Positions 1 through 10,769 are shown, counted from the first letter of the stretch. The stretch: DNA of 64,000 nucleotides from an uncultured virus (IMG/VR IMGVR_UViG_3300028903_000005) (IMGVR_UViG_3300028903_000005); one strand, 5' to 3'. Program-made: numbers and translations. Notes: generated by a model from the letters alone, not told the origin.

Positions 1-1
1 A

Positions 2-139
2 AGAATAGAAGATATTGTTAATATTTATAAGAATCAAAAGTTCTTCAATGGGTTGCAATGTTATAGATGTTATTACAAAAATTATAACGATATATTGGGC
101 CAGATGGTTGGCGAGATGGAACACTTGGAGTTTGTATGA
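2..139 (+). CDS. 3' end of a partial CDS running off the left edge (contains CxxC)
   Basis: Frame 2 is open from the edge (RIEDIV...CYRCYY...LEFV*). Its TGA overlaps the ATG at 136 (ATGA coupling). Confidence 0.45.
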   Translation, partial: RIEDIVNIYKNQKFFNGLQCYRCYYKNYNDILGQMVGEMEHLEFV

Positions 140-810
140 TAATAAATAGAATTTTTAATTTTATAGGATTTAGATTTATAAACCTTGCATTTCGCTTAGA
201 TAATAGACATAAACAACCAGATGATGAAACGATTCGATATAAAAAAGATGATCCATATGATATGAAACGTATAGAATACCCATTAAATGAAAATTCTATG
301 GTTGTTGATGTCGGGGGATTGACGGGGGATTATGCGGCAAGAATATATTGCAGATATTCGTGTAATATCGATGTTTATGAACCACACCCCGAATTATTAA
401 AAATAGCAAAAATGAATTTTGCAACAAATCCCAAAGTTGTAATTTGCCCGTTTGGGTTAAGTAATAAAGAAGGCGAAATGATATTATATGGCGATTGGTT
501 GAATGCGTCTTTATATAAAAATGATTGGGGTGGGCATAGTATTGTAAATATAAAGAAAGCATCGGATGTGTTTAAAAAATACAAACATATTGATCTTTTA
601 AAATTAAATGTGGAAGGATCTGAATATGATATTTTGCCCGATTTGATCAATAATTATAATATGAAAAAAATTAATTATATAAATATTCAATTCCATAATA
701 CGGTTAAAGATTATGTAAAGAAGAGGGATGATATACAAAAGGGATTGTCGAAAACACATAAGTTAGATTGGAATTATGATTTTATTCATGAAAGTTGGAG
801 TAGGAAATAA
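136..810 (+). CDS. FkbM-family SAM-dependent methyltransferase
   Basis: Motifs VVDVGGLTG, YEPHP and IDLLKLNVEGSEYDIL are characteristic of the FkbM family. Confidence 0.85.
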   Translation: MIINRIFNFIGFRFINLAFRLDNRHKQPDDETIRYKKDDPYDMKRIEYPLNENSMVVDVGGLTGDYAARIYCRYSCNIDVYEPHPELLKIAKMNFATNPKVVICPFGLSNKEGEMILYGDWLNASLYKNDWGGHSIVNIKKASDVFKKYKHIDLLKLNVEGSEYDILPDLINNYNMKKINYINIQFHNTVKDYVKKRDDIQKGLSKTHKLDWNYDFIHESWSRK

Positions 811-815
811 TATCC

Positions 816-840
816 AACTATTCGGAATTCCCGAACAGTT
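816..840. terminator. Imperfect hairpin between convergent genes, putative terminator
   Basis: AACTATTCGG-AATTC-CCGAACAGTT followed by a T-rich run. Confidence 0.4.
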
Positions 841-869
841 CATTCTTTTTCCATATAGCATCATATGGT

Positions 870-1517
870 TTATGCATCGTTATCACCAATATTTTCAATC
901 AACTTAATATCCGGTTTTCCCTTCTCAATCTGTTGCAACGATTGCTGTGCATATAGCATTGAATTTTTATTAGCGCAAATATCATCCAGTCGTGGTGGAA
1001 TATCTACACCATATTTTCTAAAATCCAACGAATAAAACTTTTCATATGCACCGCGTGCTTCTTCAAATGTGCCTGCCATTACAAGCGCGCGGATTGAAGA
1101 TTCACACACATCACGTAGTATTTTGGCAGGAACTTCGAGATCGATATTTTGTTTGATATATTCTACAATTTCATATTCGAATTGTGAAGTTACAGGAATA
1201 CCATAAAAGTTTGCACCTTTACATTCCCCGTATTCATTTGATTTGCCACCGAGTTCCACAGCTTGTTCTACGCGAAGGTTTTCACTATTTAAAATTGTTT
1301 CTATTTCATGAATTCGTTGTCTGATTTCTTTTTGTTTTCTGTCTAGTTGTTCTTTTTCTAGTATGAGTGTATCCCACCCCTTTCGCTTAAGAACATTCTC
1401 GCGCGCGATGCCCCAAAAGTCTTTTATCTGACTGATAAAACGTTGGTTGATTGCTTTTAAGTCTTGTTTTAATATATTTTCAAATCCTTCGCGCTCACGC
1501 TCGGTTAGTTTTGGCAT
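870..1517 (-). CDS. Hypothetical coiled-coil protein
   Basis: 215-aa ORF with a TATA-like element upstream (about 1540-1550) and an E/K/Q-rich helical stretch. Confidence 0.7.
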   Translation of the reverse strand: MPKLTEREREGFENILKQDLKAINQRFISQIKDFWGIARENVLKRKGWDTLILEKEQLDRKQKEIRQRIHEIETILNSENLRVEQAVELGGKSNEYGECKGANFYGIPVTSQFEYEIVEYIKQNIDLEVPAKILRDVCESSIRALVMAGTFEEARGAYEKFYSLDFRKYGVDIPPRLDDICANKNSMLYAQQSLQQIEKGKPDIKLIENIGDNDA

Positions 1518-1562
1518 ATTGTAAATATGTAGAACGTGATTATATAAAAATGTTGTGGTTGG

Positions 1563-4136
1563 TTATTTCCCTTCTTTAACCCGTTGCTCACCGAGTTTTA
1601 CATAATTGGGATTAAGTTCTATCCCTATATAAGTTCTGTTGTGTAATTTACACGCAACTCCTGTTGCTGAAGAACCAGAGAAAGGATCAATTACGGTTGC
1701 TGGAATCGGATCGAGATTGCAGGTGCAGGTTGGTTGCCAATCTACGGTTTCGGGAGTCATCCACATTCCTGTTTTAAATGCACTTGTTTCTGATAATATT
1801 TCACTACCGGGTGCAGATAATCGCTTTCTCCCACCCTTTGATATTTTGTATTCGCCATTTACAAGTCGTTCTCCGGTTTGTTTCTTCACAATAACCCTAA
1901 CCCACGGAGCACCACATTGGGGACACACGCCTTTCTCTGACGTTCCGGCTAAAATAAGGGGTTCTACAAGACGAATGGGAAATGCAGCAAAATGTGCACC
2001 TTTATATCCTTTCGGATTTACAACCAATGCCATAGGTTCACCATCTTCATTATGAAGAAGTCCCTGCCATGTTTTAAAGAAGAAATCAGAATCGCGCATG
2101 TAACGAAGTCCAAAACCGTTTGGTTCATAGCGCGAATTAAATCCCGTGTATGTTTCGTTGCCGGTGCCGTCTTGCTTTTTAAATTGCCCCGCGTCCGGGT
2201 ATTTTGAAGTTTCATTTACACATTGGCGAATAACCCCGTGTGGTCTTTTGTCTTTGTTGTATGATTCCGAAGAGGGTTGCATTGTAGCAATGTGATCATA
2301 GTAGTATTTTGGTGATTTTGAAAACAAAAACACGTGTTCTATTGAAGAACCGGGTCTATCTGTTACCGAGGAGGGCATACTATTGTGTGTAAGTATTCCA
2401 GATGCAAGAGCAAACAAATGTGGCTCATCTTCTACTCCTATGTCATAAAAATGTTGTGTTTTTGCTTTAGATATGGAAATAATTTCGGTGTCTTCAGTGT
2501 GTTTAAAACACGCATTATTTATACTCTGATTTATTTGATCAAATCGTATTTGCCCTCTCCATATTTGATGTAATTTTCCGCCTTTAATAGCAGAACATTG
2601 ACCAATTAAAGGCGGAAAACGTTTTAATCTCAATGATATTCCAAGTCTGGCGCATAATGTTCTTATATCTTTTGCAAGATTGTCATTTTTACAGAATTCG
2701 AGTCTCCATCTATGATTTTTAATATCATTGTGACCATCTCCTTCAAGATAACCTATTAAAAGATTTTTAAGAAATTCGTTGTTTCGTAACCAACATGCAT
2801 TAGATAATCGTTTTTGTTTTGATCCTTTGTTAGATATATAATTCATAATGATTGCCATTGGCAATTTGCCATGTATAACAGACATTAATTTTCCATCGTT
2901 CTCATAGGAATGAGAATGATGAGATCCCCCATATTCTAATGCAAATTTTTTAACTTCTTCATCTAAATGTCTTTCTTCTTTTGAAAAAGTAAAAACGATA
3001 CCATCCATTTCGGTTCTTGTAAGATATGATCCTTCTGCCAAAAACAATCCAACAATTCTACCAATAGAATCCGGAATATATTTTGGCCCATCGTTTTCTG
3101 TATTTGGTAATGTTATTTTTTCAATCACATCCCCTATTTTTAATTCAGACGAATATAATAATCCGCGCTTTGTAGGCCATCTATGTTCTTTCGTGCATGT
3201 TATTTTTTCTCCACTACGGAATTCTATTTCTACTCCATCAGATATAATTTCTGTTCTATGCATATCGACAATGCGCGTCCATTTATTACCATTCCATAAT
3301 TCTACGGTATTCGGATCAAGTCTGATAAGATCGTGAATTGTAGAAGGCATTACACCTTTTTGAGAACGAATATATAATATAGTTCCACTACCTAAACAAT
3401 TTCTTTTAATCCACGGTATATCAGCACGAAGATACCAACCGCCTTTTGATGCCTTTAACCATTCTTCATCCAAATCTTCAATTGTTCTTTTAGTATGTTG
3501 TGGAACATCATTCCAAGTATTATAATCTTGAAGTAACGACGATTTGATTTTTTCTACCGTATACATTGTCTGTGGTGATGCTGCTCCATCCGCGCGCATA
3601 GAAAAGGCCAACATCCACGGAATTCCTATAAGGTCTTTGGGTTTGATATTCCCGGCAGGTTTGTACCGTTTTTGCGGCCATGATGATTCAGTATATGTTG
3701 CTTTCCCAATATCTTTTTGACCAGCCCCAGTCCCCGCATACGAATCCCCAATATTCATCCATAAAATACCATCGTTTCTTAATACCCTCTTCAACTCGTG
3801 GAATATGGTCGTCAGATGTTTCACAAATAATTCCGGAGTCGGTTCTTGTCCAAGTTCACCTTTCCACGCCCCACACTTTGAGCAAATATCACTTTTTAGA
3901 TTCTCGCGGTTTTTGTTTCCTTCGTGTTGCATTGGACCGGGGTGTGTATCACTGCTTCTATATCCGGGTGGGTGAACTTCCCCCCATTCGTGTTCACAAT
4001 TCGGATCTCCATCCCAAACAATTGGTTCTGTCCCATAATTCCGCAGTCCGTAGTAAGGACTACTTGTTACACCCATATGAACAGACTCACTATCCATCCT
4101 CTTCAATACAGTAAGAGCATCGCCTTCGATAATCAT
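1563..4136 (-). CDS. Beta-class N4-cytosine/N6-adenine DNA methyltransferase with an intein and Zn-ribbon insertions
   Basis: N-terminal TSSPYYGLR (SPPY-like), NIGDSY, HFAAFP and C-terminal DPFSGSSATG...YIGIELN. Confidence 0.92.
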   Translation of the reverse strand: MIIEGDALTVLKRMDSESVHMGVTSSPYYGLRNYGTEPIVWDGDPNCEHEWGEVHPPGYRSSDTHPGPMQHEGNKNRENLKSDICSKCGAWKGELGQEPTPELFVKHLTTIFHELKRVLRNDGILWMNIGDSYAGTGAGQKDIGKATYTESSWPQKRYKPAGNIKPKDLIGIPWMLAFSMRADGAASPQTMYTVEKIKSSLLQDYNTWNDVPQHTKRTIEDLDEEWLKASKGGWYLRADIPWIKRNCLGSGTILYIRSQKGVMPSTIHDLIRLDPNTVELWNGNKWTRIVDMHRTEIISDGVEIEFRSGEKITCTKEHRWPTKRGLLYSSELKIGDVIEKITLPNTENDGPKYIPDSIGRIVGLFLAEGSYLTRTEMDGIVFTFSKEERHLDEEVKKFALEYGGSHHSHSYENDGKLMSVIHGKLPMAIIMNYISNKGSKQKRLSNACWLRNNEFLKNLLIGYLEGDGHNDIKNHRWRLEFCKNDNLAKDIRTLCARLGISLRLKRFPPLIGQCSAIKGGKLHQIWRGQIRFDQINQSINNACFKHTEDTEIISISKAKTQHFYDIGVEDEPHLFALASGILTHNSMPSSVTDRPGSSIEHVFLFSKSPKYYYDHIATMQPSSESYNKDKRPHGVIRQCVNETSKYPDAGQFKKQDGTGNETYTGFNSRYEPNGFGLRYMRDSDFFFKTWQGLLHNEDGEPMALVVNPKGYKGAHFAAFPIRLVEPLILAGTSEKGVCPQCGAPWVRVIVKKQTGERLVNGEYKISKGGRKRLSAPGSEILSETSAFKTGMWMTPETVDWQPTCTCNLDPIPATVIDPFSGSSATGVACKLHNRTYIGIELNPNYVKLGEQRVKEGK
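2382..3398 (-). mobile_element. Intein (339 aa) with LAGLIDADG homing endonuclease
   Basis: Starts at Cys (WIKRN|CLGSGT) and ends GILTHN|S. Contains block B TKEHRW and the motifs VGLFLAEGS and LIGYLEGDG. Removal restores WIKRN-SMPSSVTDRP, the conserved MTase motif. Confidence 0.93.
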
Positions 4137-4360
4137 AATTTCTCCATAATAAACGCGTATTAAAATAGGTGGTGTTTGTATTTATAGTTATTGTTGGTTT
4201 GTGAACGTTTTCAAATATTCGCTCATCTTCCACGAACCGCACACCAAGTAATCATCGGTTTCACTGTCGTCTAGGTCGCAAGTTATGTGTGTATGACACG
4301 AACTTTCTTTTACTTTTTTGTGTTCACACGTTGCACAACATGTAAATGCTATAAATTTGA

Positions 4361-4693
4361 TCATCCCTTAACCTCCCCATCAACCATATGCAAAATCGAC
4401 AACCATTCCGGCACGTCTATATTAACACTTCCGGCATATCCTTTTTCAATCGCTTCTTCAATTTCTTTTCTAAACATATCACGCCTGCTCTGTGGCATAT
4501 GATTCCAATTTGCTTTTATGATGTCAGCAATTGCTCCAACCACGTATGTCTGTCTTCCCAATGCATAACGAAACGCGCAGAAAAGAAGAATGTCTTGGTT
4601 GCAGTCGTTGAAGTCGATGTAGATTTCTCCGGTTCTATGCATTGGGAGAGGGGGTGTTAGTTTTTGTTTATTTTTAATCACCATCATGAACAC
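4361..4693 (-). CDS. Hypothetical protein (AFRYALGRQTY motif, seen in viral proteins)
   Basis: ORF coupled to the end of the RNR gene. Confidence 0.6.
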   Translation of the reverse strand: MFMMVIKNKQKLTPPLPMHRTGEIYIDFNDCNQDILLFCAFRYALGRQTYVVGAIADIIKANWNHMPQSRRDMFRKEIEEAIEKGYAGSVNIDVPEWLSILHMVDGEVKG

Positions 4694-6029
4694 CTACTCT
4701 TACCACAATTCGTACAAATTCTACATCCACCTTCCATCACATAATGCGGGTTGTCGCAACACTTTTCTTCCCCAACATCGGGCTTTACCTCTTTCGGTTG
4801 CAACATCATAATTGCATCCTCCATACATTTCCCTGTAATATCTGCGCACGATTTACCACATGATTTTTTGTTATTCATCGCGGTCATACATTTTACTTTA
4901 GAGAATTGCTTTACATAATTTTCTGCCGGAGTACCCCATTCCAACCCTGCTGAAATGGAACGTCCCATAGCTGCCATGTTTGCATTACATCCGCCTACAC
5001 CATCCCCTTCAACGAAAATCATTGTTGGTTCCTCTTTATCATGACCAATGATGACATAGAATTTTCCACATCCGCTATGAACTTTATAAATCACGGCGGG
5101 AGTTTTCGATTCGTAGAAAGCATTTTCGGTTTCGATCCAATCCACGATTTTATCTTCTACAACGGGTTTCTTAAGTGATAATACTTCATTTTCACGGCTA
5201 CCATTTCGATAGATGGTCAAACCTTTGCATCCACTCTTCCACGCGTCAAAGATGATCTGTCGTATTTCTTCTTTGGTGGCCGAGTTCGGAAGGTTGATCG
5301 TCTTGCTAATAGACATATCTACATTCTTCTGGAATGCGGCCTGCATCTTAACGTGCATTGACGATGGAATATCCATTGCATTTTGGTAGAGATTTCGGAA
5401 AGTTTCGGATAACATTAACATATCTCTAATGGTTCCCGTCTCGTGGCAACATTTGATAATGCTATCGTAGGAATCCAAACTATTAATCCTCCCCAATTCT
5501 TCTTTGAGTGCGCCTTCAAACAACGGATGTACAATATAATGTTCTCCTAACGTATCTTTGCGGGTATATACCCAGTTAAACACCGGTTCAATTCCTGAAG
5601 ACGCTCCCGCTATAATACTAATTGTCCCTGTTGGTGCAATCGAAGTTAGTGAAGCGTTCATTCTGTTTTGTTTGATATTGGGGTTTTTACCTAACGATTC
5701 TGATACTTTGTGCGCGCGTTCATTAATGAATTTCATTACTTCTTCTGCTATATCAAGCGCGCGGTTGCTGTTGTAAGGAACCCCCATTTTAATCAGGGCG
5801 TCGTGGAATCCCATGATACCAAGACCAATCTTGCGTGTGCGTTTGGATGCAAAGTCGATTTCTGGTAATGGGTACTTGTTTTTGTCTATAACGTTGTCTA
5901 GGAATATTACTGCCAAATCGATTGTGGTTGTAAGTTTGTTGTAATCAATGGTATTGTCTTTGATGTGGTTGGAAAGGTTTATGCTGCCGAGATTGCAGCT
6001 ACACCACGATTCCAGCAACGCCTCACCGC
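4684..6029 (-). CDS. nrdJ: Class II (B12-dependent) ribonucleotide reductase, exon 2, with C-terminal TSCPD-like and Zn-ribbon parts
   Basis: (C)GEALL, CNLGSINL, RKIGLGIMG, SIAPTGTIS, SISKTINL and KGLTIYR motifs, ending EGGCRICTNCGKSRC. Confidence 0.93.
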
Positions 6030-6296
6030 CAGAGGCACTTTGTTACAACAACGATGTCTCGTTGCAGGTGCGATCATTTCTGTCGCACTCTCATACTTTC
6101 ATATGAGATCGGACTATATCATCGATGTCGCGTCTATAGTCTCTGAACCTTCATCTTTATAAGATGCTTGGCTGCTGATTGCCCAATTATTTCTATTTTT
6201 AAAACATTCACGTTTATCATTTCTGATTGCGTTGTAGTTAGAAATACTTAAGGGTGTTCCAGCAATTTACGCGATTTTAAATCCGCACGGATTCTA
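6030..6296 (-). ncRNA. Group I self-splicing intron (267 nt, no internal ORF)
   Basis: The 5' exon ends in U and the intron ends in G. Core elements are P AAATTGCTGGAA, Q AATCAGCAGCC, R TCAGAGACTA and S GATATAGTCC. Pairings are P1 AAUCCGU/GCGGAUU, P3 UCGCGU/ACGCGA and P7 GACUA/UAGUC. Splicing restores NPNP-C-GEALL in frame (679 aa). Confidence 0.92.
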
Positions 6297-6990
6297 ACGG
6301 ATTGGGATTTAATTCCCCGTATTCCGGTGATGGGTTATGCTTTTCAATTGTATCTTTAAATAAAATACCCGGTTCTCCGTTACGATATACCCCATCAACG
6401 ATTAGATTCATAATTTCGTTGTTTGGAGATTTCATAAATTCGTCAGTGAGTTTTACAGATATGTTGAAGTTGGAAAGATTACCTTCTTTTTGTTTACACG
6501 TGACGAAGTTTTTAATTTCCGGGTGTGCAACATCAAGGCAACCCATCATAGCACCCCTTCTGGCCCCACCTTGTTTTACAACTTCCGTCATTACATTAAA
6601 TACTTCCATGAATGAAACTACACCAGAAGAAACACCATTGCGTTTTCCAACCCTGCTACCAGCGGGACGGAGTTTGGAAAAATTAAAACCCACACCGCCA
6701 CCCTTCGCAAAAATTTTTGCTGCATTCTTATTTGCATCAAAAATACTTTCAATAGTATCTTCCACAGGCAAAAAGAAACAAGCTGATAGCATAGGGTTAG
6801 TTGTTCCGGCGTTCATCAACGTAGGCGAATTTGGGAGAAAGTCTTTATCAAGCATCAATGTCATAAAATTAACAACTTGGTCGGAATCATTTCCTATATA
6901 ATTTGCAACGCGTTTGCAAACATCAGCCCAATCTTTTTCCCCGTCTATGCAGTATCGTTCTTTAATAAGTTTGTCTTCGTAAGTTCCCAT
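6297..6990 (-). CDS. nrdJ: Class II ribonucleotide reductase, exon 1
   Basis: FLPNSPTLMNAG, LSACF, GGGVGFNFSKLRP, QGGARRGAMM, NFNISV and GEPGILF motifs. No ATP-cone is visible. Confidence 0.93.
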
Positions 6991-7141
6991 TGTTTGACTC
7001 CTATAAATAAAATGGTCTTGTGACTATGCGTTTAATATGACGCGTGTTATGTGTTTGTTGCTGTTTGTATTTAATCATTTCGACACAATCATTAAATACT
7101 ATCGAGCACTAACGTATAATCACAAAGAGGTTTTTAGAAAT

Positions 7142-7675
7142 ATGGAAAATGTAATTGAAACTAATGGGGAACCCGTAACGATTAAGATTACTATTGAAAT
7201 TATTCCTTCGAAGAAGAAGGAAGAAACACCTGTTGTTCCCGCGACCCCGGAAGGATGGAAGGAAGTTGAACCATCGCCCAATGTTAAACCCGCACCAGAT
7301 GTTAAACCCAAAGAACCAGAAATGGTGTTTGAACCTATTTCACCGACGGAAAAGAAAAAGCGCGCATACACGAAGAAGGTAAAGATGGGTGAACCTGTTG
7401 TGGAGGAACCCCCCGTGGAAGAGAAGAAACCCGAATCGATCAGTGATGAGAAACCTTCCGAAGCAGTTCCGACAAAAGTTGAAGTAAAACCCGCGCCAAC
7501 TTCCAACAAGGTAGTCGCGCGCATTGCACAAATGATCAGGTTCTATTGTAAGGCATCTGGCATTGAAACGTCTACGATTACAATTGCACAACTTAAGGAG
7601 AAGGCGTTTGATATTGTAGAGAATGTTACCGATGATGTTATTAATGAAGCCATTAAAGAGGCGAGTAAGAAATGA
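7142..7675 (+). CDS. Hypothetical P/E/K-rich protein with a helical C-terminal domain
   Basis: Probable ATG at 7142 after GAGG. Low-complexity middle region. Confidence 0.7.
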   Translation: MENVIETNGEPVTIKITIEIIPSKKKEETPVVPATPEGWKEVEPSPNVKPAPDVKPKEPEMVFEPISPTEKKKRAYTKKVKMGEPVVEEPPVEEKKPESISDEKPSEAVPTKVEVKPAPTSNKVVARIAQMIRFYCKASGIETSTITIAQLKEKAFDIVENVTDDVINEAIKEASKK

Positions 7676-8049
7676 TCAATAAAGAATCTTTAGCCCAAAA
7701 CACCCTTCGTTTTTTTACACTTATGATTTTCGAAGCCGGTGTTTTAGCAGGTATTGGATCTGCAATTTTGCTTTCGGAAAATACAAAGTATTTGGTAGGA
7801 ATCCTTTTAGTTACCGCGATTGGATTATGTTTAATTACAATTTGGCAGAATTATCACAATCCGAAATTAAATTCTACTCCTATAAGGAGTCTTGTTAAAA
7901 CCGTAACAGCGTTGGTTTTGATTGCGGGTCTTGTTACAGGAGTTGGCGTTTTGCTTATTCTTGGAACCAATGGAGCAATTGGAATGATTATTCTGTTGAT
8001 GAGTATTATGCTGATGTATGGGTTGTGGGTGTTTCAGCCGGGGGAATAA
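7672..8049 (+). CDS. Membrane protein (about 4 TM helices)
   Basis: Four hydrophobic segments; ATGA overlap with the previous gene. Confidence 0.7.
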   Translation: MINKESLAQNTLRFFTLMIFEAGVLAGIGSAILLSENTKYLVGILLVTAIGLCLITIWQNYHNPKLNSTPIRSLVKTVTALVLIAGLVTGVGVLLILGTNGAIGMIILLMSIMLMYGLWVFQPGE

Positions 8050-8052
8050 TTA

Positions 8053-8355
8053 ATGACCACACCACCAACCTACACAAAAGAAGAATGGGATTCGCGTAAA
8101 CTCACATATATGGGTTTCGGGACTGCATTAATTGACATTTTCTTAATGGGCATTTACTTGATTGGTAGCATGGGATTTCTGTATGCTTCTTCACATGTTG
8201 ATTCACGGTCTCTCATGTGTGGATATATAGCAATTGGAATATTCCTAATGTTCAATGCAGTTGCAGGAAAATTTTTGCGTCTTGTTAATCCCCGTGATTG
8301 GTATGAGACCGTGATTACTATGAAGAAGGGGGAAAAGAATGATAATACAACATAA
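8053..8355 (+). CDS. Membrane protein (2 TM helices)
   Basis: Two hydrophobic segments; operonic position. Confidence 0.65.
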   Translation: MTTPPTYTKEEWDSRKLTYMGFGTALIDIFLMGIYLIGSMGFLYASSHVDSRSLMCGYIAIGIFLMFNAVAGKFLRLVNPRDWYETVITMKKGEKNDNTT

Positions 8356-8794
8356 TTGGGAAATCAATAAGATCAAAAATAAAATTATGAGTTTTGATTT
8401 AAATCGTTTTACTGTTGAAAAAGTTAATGTTGATTGTATATGTAATAAACATATCTACAACGATGACTTTTCGATATGTGATCAATGTCAATTTATTTCT
8501 AATTCAAAAAGAAGTTGTGAATATAATTGTGTGGAAATAGAAATCGCAACCGGTAGATATAAACACGGTGATGATAGTCACAGTGATTGGAAATATATAC
8601 AATGGTGTTGTCCCAAATGTGGAGAATTATTAAAGATTGATGATTATTGTTCATGGGCTGATACATCATTTAAAGAACACTTACACATATGTAATCATTG
8701 TCAAACTCCGCAAAAATATTTAAGTCGATCTGAAAATAATTTTAATAAAGAAACAAATTATAAATATATATTTGCTATACCAATTGGTGTATAA
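8339..8794 (+). CDS. Cys-rich putative Zn-binding protein
   Basis: Several CxxC pairs (CDQC, CPKC, CNHC). Confidence 0.6.
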   Translation: MIIQHNWEINKIKNKIMSFDLNRFTVEKVNVDCICNKHIYNDDFSICDQCQFISNSKRSCEYNCVEIEIATGRYKHGDDSHSDWKYIQWCCPKCGELLKIDDYCSWADTSFKEHLHICNHCQTPQKYLSRSENNFNKETNYKYIFAIPIGV

Positions 8795-8796
8795 AA

Positions 8797-9291
8797 ATGC
8801 CCCCAAAAATAATCTCCGGCGGTCAGTGCGGCGCGGATCAAGGCGGTTTATTCGGTGCGCGCGATGCGGGTTTTCTCACGGGTGGATATGCACCATCTAA
8901 TTTTTACACCGAAGTTGGCCCACAACCCGAACTTTTAAAGAGTTTTGGTTTGGTTGATTCGGGTTTAGATTATGTTGGGAGAACGAGATTAAACGCCAAA
9001 AATTCAGATTTTACAATATGGTTTGGCAATGTTGATTCTCCCGGTGGAGTTGCAACAAAACGAGAAGTTTTAAAAGCGGGTAAAATATTTTATGACGCTT
9101 CTTATTCATCCACAGAAAGAATAGCAGAAGTGTTGTCACACTCTATAAATGCTGTTAACATCGCGGGGAATAGAGAATCCCACGCAAAGGGAATTTGTAA
9201 ATATGTTAGGGGTGTTATTAAAACTTCGCTTGAACTTTTGAAAACTTATGATAATGATTTAAAATCATTCGACACCATCCGAAATATATAA
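8797..9291 (+). CDS. SLOG-superfamily protein (cpYpsA / putative molybdenum carrier)
   Basis: KIISGGQCGADQGGL, RTRLNAKNSD and VNIAGNRES motifs. Confidence 0.85.
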   Translation: MPPKIISGGQCGADQGGLFGARDAGFLTGGYAPSNFYTEVGPQPELLKSFGLVDSGLDYVGRTRLNAKNSDFTIWFGNVDSPGGVATKREVLKAGKIFYDASYSSTERIAEVLSHSINAVNIAGNRESHAKGICKYVRGVIKTSLELLKTYDNDLKSFDTIRNI

Positions 9292-9399
9292 ATACAAAAC
9301 GCGTATAACAGATTACAACCAATCTTTTGAGGTAATATAATTGACAAAACACGATCATTCAAATTTGTGCAGTTTTCAGACTATCGCTCAAGGTGAATC

Positions 9400-10332
9400 A
9401 TGAGTCACGGAAAAGAAAACCCTCTTACGGTAAAGGCAAGAAATGCAAGACGAAATCGTTCCAAACAACGTTCGGAACAAGGCCACGTTTACCAAACCAA
9501 TCACCCAGACCGTGCTGCTGAATATCGTAGAAGGTATAAGGCAAAGAAAGGATCTTTCGCCCAGCAACTTATAAATGCGCGACAACCCCTTATATTTACC
9601 GCTGGCGATATTTGTTTTGCGTGTGATTTCCATATTCCTTGTCATGACGAAGCACTCATTGATTATATGATTAATGTGTGTAAAGATTTAAATATTAAGA
9701 AACTTGCAATCGACGGAGATTATTTAGATTGTGACAATTTAAGTATTTTCACTAGCACCACAGAATCAAACCGAAGTGACGTTATTACGTGGAAGGCAGA
9801 AAAAGATGAAGGCCGTAAAGTAATGACACGCCTTTTGGAATGGTTTGACGATATTTATATTTGTGCCGGGAACCACGAGAATCGTATTATTGCACTCACT
9901 GGTGGCAAAGAAGGATTTAAGGATATTGTTGCGGCGATGATGCCAAGGAATATTACAATATCCGATTACGAAAAGCGCGTCCACGTAACAATCGATGATT
10001 TTATGATTTTGAATCATACCTACGTTGACGAGAATGGAAACAACCGCGTTCAAGAATGGAGGCTTTGCCACCCGAAGAACTTTAGTATCCTGCCTTTAAG
10101 AGTAGCGCGCGCATTGGCTGCAAAGTTTGAAATGAATATTCATATGGCGCATGGTCATAATTTGTTGGTGGGTAGGAACATCAGTGGGAAATATATTTGT
10201 ATAGAAGGCGGGGGATTGTTTGACCGGGAAGCGTTAGAATATACGTGCAGGACTACCACTCACCCGGTCATGCGGAGTGGGTTCTTTATTCTGAAGAATG
10301 GGGAAGCATTGCAGTTTGATGGGAAGTCTTAA
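9400..10332 (+). CDS. Calcineurin-like metallophosphoesterase
   Basis: DFHIP, GDYLD, GNHE and AHGH motifs. Confidence 0.8.
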   Translation: MSHGKENPLTVKARNARRNRSKQRSEQGHVYQTNHPDRAAEYRRRYKAKKGSFAQQLINARQPLIFTAGDICFACDFHIPCHDEALIDYMINVCKDLNIKKLAIDGDYLDCDNLSIFTSTTESNRSDVITWKAEKDEGRKVMTRLLEWFDDIYICAGNHENRIIALTGGKEGFKDIVAAMMPRNITISDYEKRVHVTIDDFMILNHTYVDENGNNRVQEWRLCHPKNFSILPLRVARALAAKFEMNIHMAHGHNLLVGRNISGKYICIEGGGLFDREALEYTCRTTTHPVMRSGFFILKNGEALQFDGKS

Positions 10333-10335
10333 CCT

Positions 10336-10602
10336 ATGTGGCAAGATATAATTATGTCAATTGTGGGGGTCGTATTTGCTGTAGTGATGATCCCACAATT
10401 GATAGATTGCTATAAGAAAAAGTGTAAGATGAATTCTATATCGTGCTGCATAACCATTGTGGGATTGGTTATAATGGGCGTGTGTATGTTTACTCTTGAT
10501 GCTTTTTATACGGCTGTGGCAGAGATGTTTGCGGCGGGCGTGTGGGGGTTATGTTGGTGGTTTTCGTTGGGTTGGAATTCTAGTCCCTATTTCCACCCTT
10601 AA
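10336..10602 (+). CDS. PQ-loop / SemiSWEET-like membrane protein
   Basis: Three TM helices with IPQL after TM1. Confidence 0.65.
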   Translation: MWQDIIMSIVGVVFAVVMIPQLIDCYKKKCKMNSISCCITIVGLVIMGVCMFTLDAFYTAVAEMFAAGVWGLCWWFSLGWNSSPYFHP

Positions 10603-10769
10603 TATTACGACCCCAAACTTTTATTCCAGAATAGTATTCACCAGATTGCTTTTTTCCAAGCGCGCCGACATCGGGTTCTTTCCTGTTGAATACTCGTTGA
10701 AATTGGTTTTTAATATCGATAGTCATATATAAGTATTGTAGGTTTTAGTATTTAAGGGTTTTGGTTGAT

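Noticed and set aside
6284..6303. AATCCGT duplication at the intron 5' end as a target-site duplication
   Set aside because: It is explained by the internal guide sequence pairings (P1 and P10) at a near-palindromic splice site.
4684..6990. nrdJ as a frameshifted pseudogene or two-subunit gene
   Set aside because: Removing the intron restores a perfect reading frame and the catalytic NPCGE motif.
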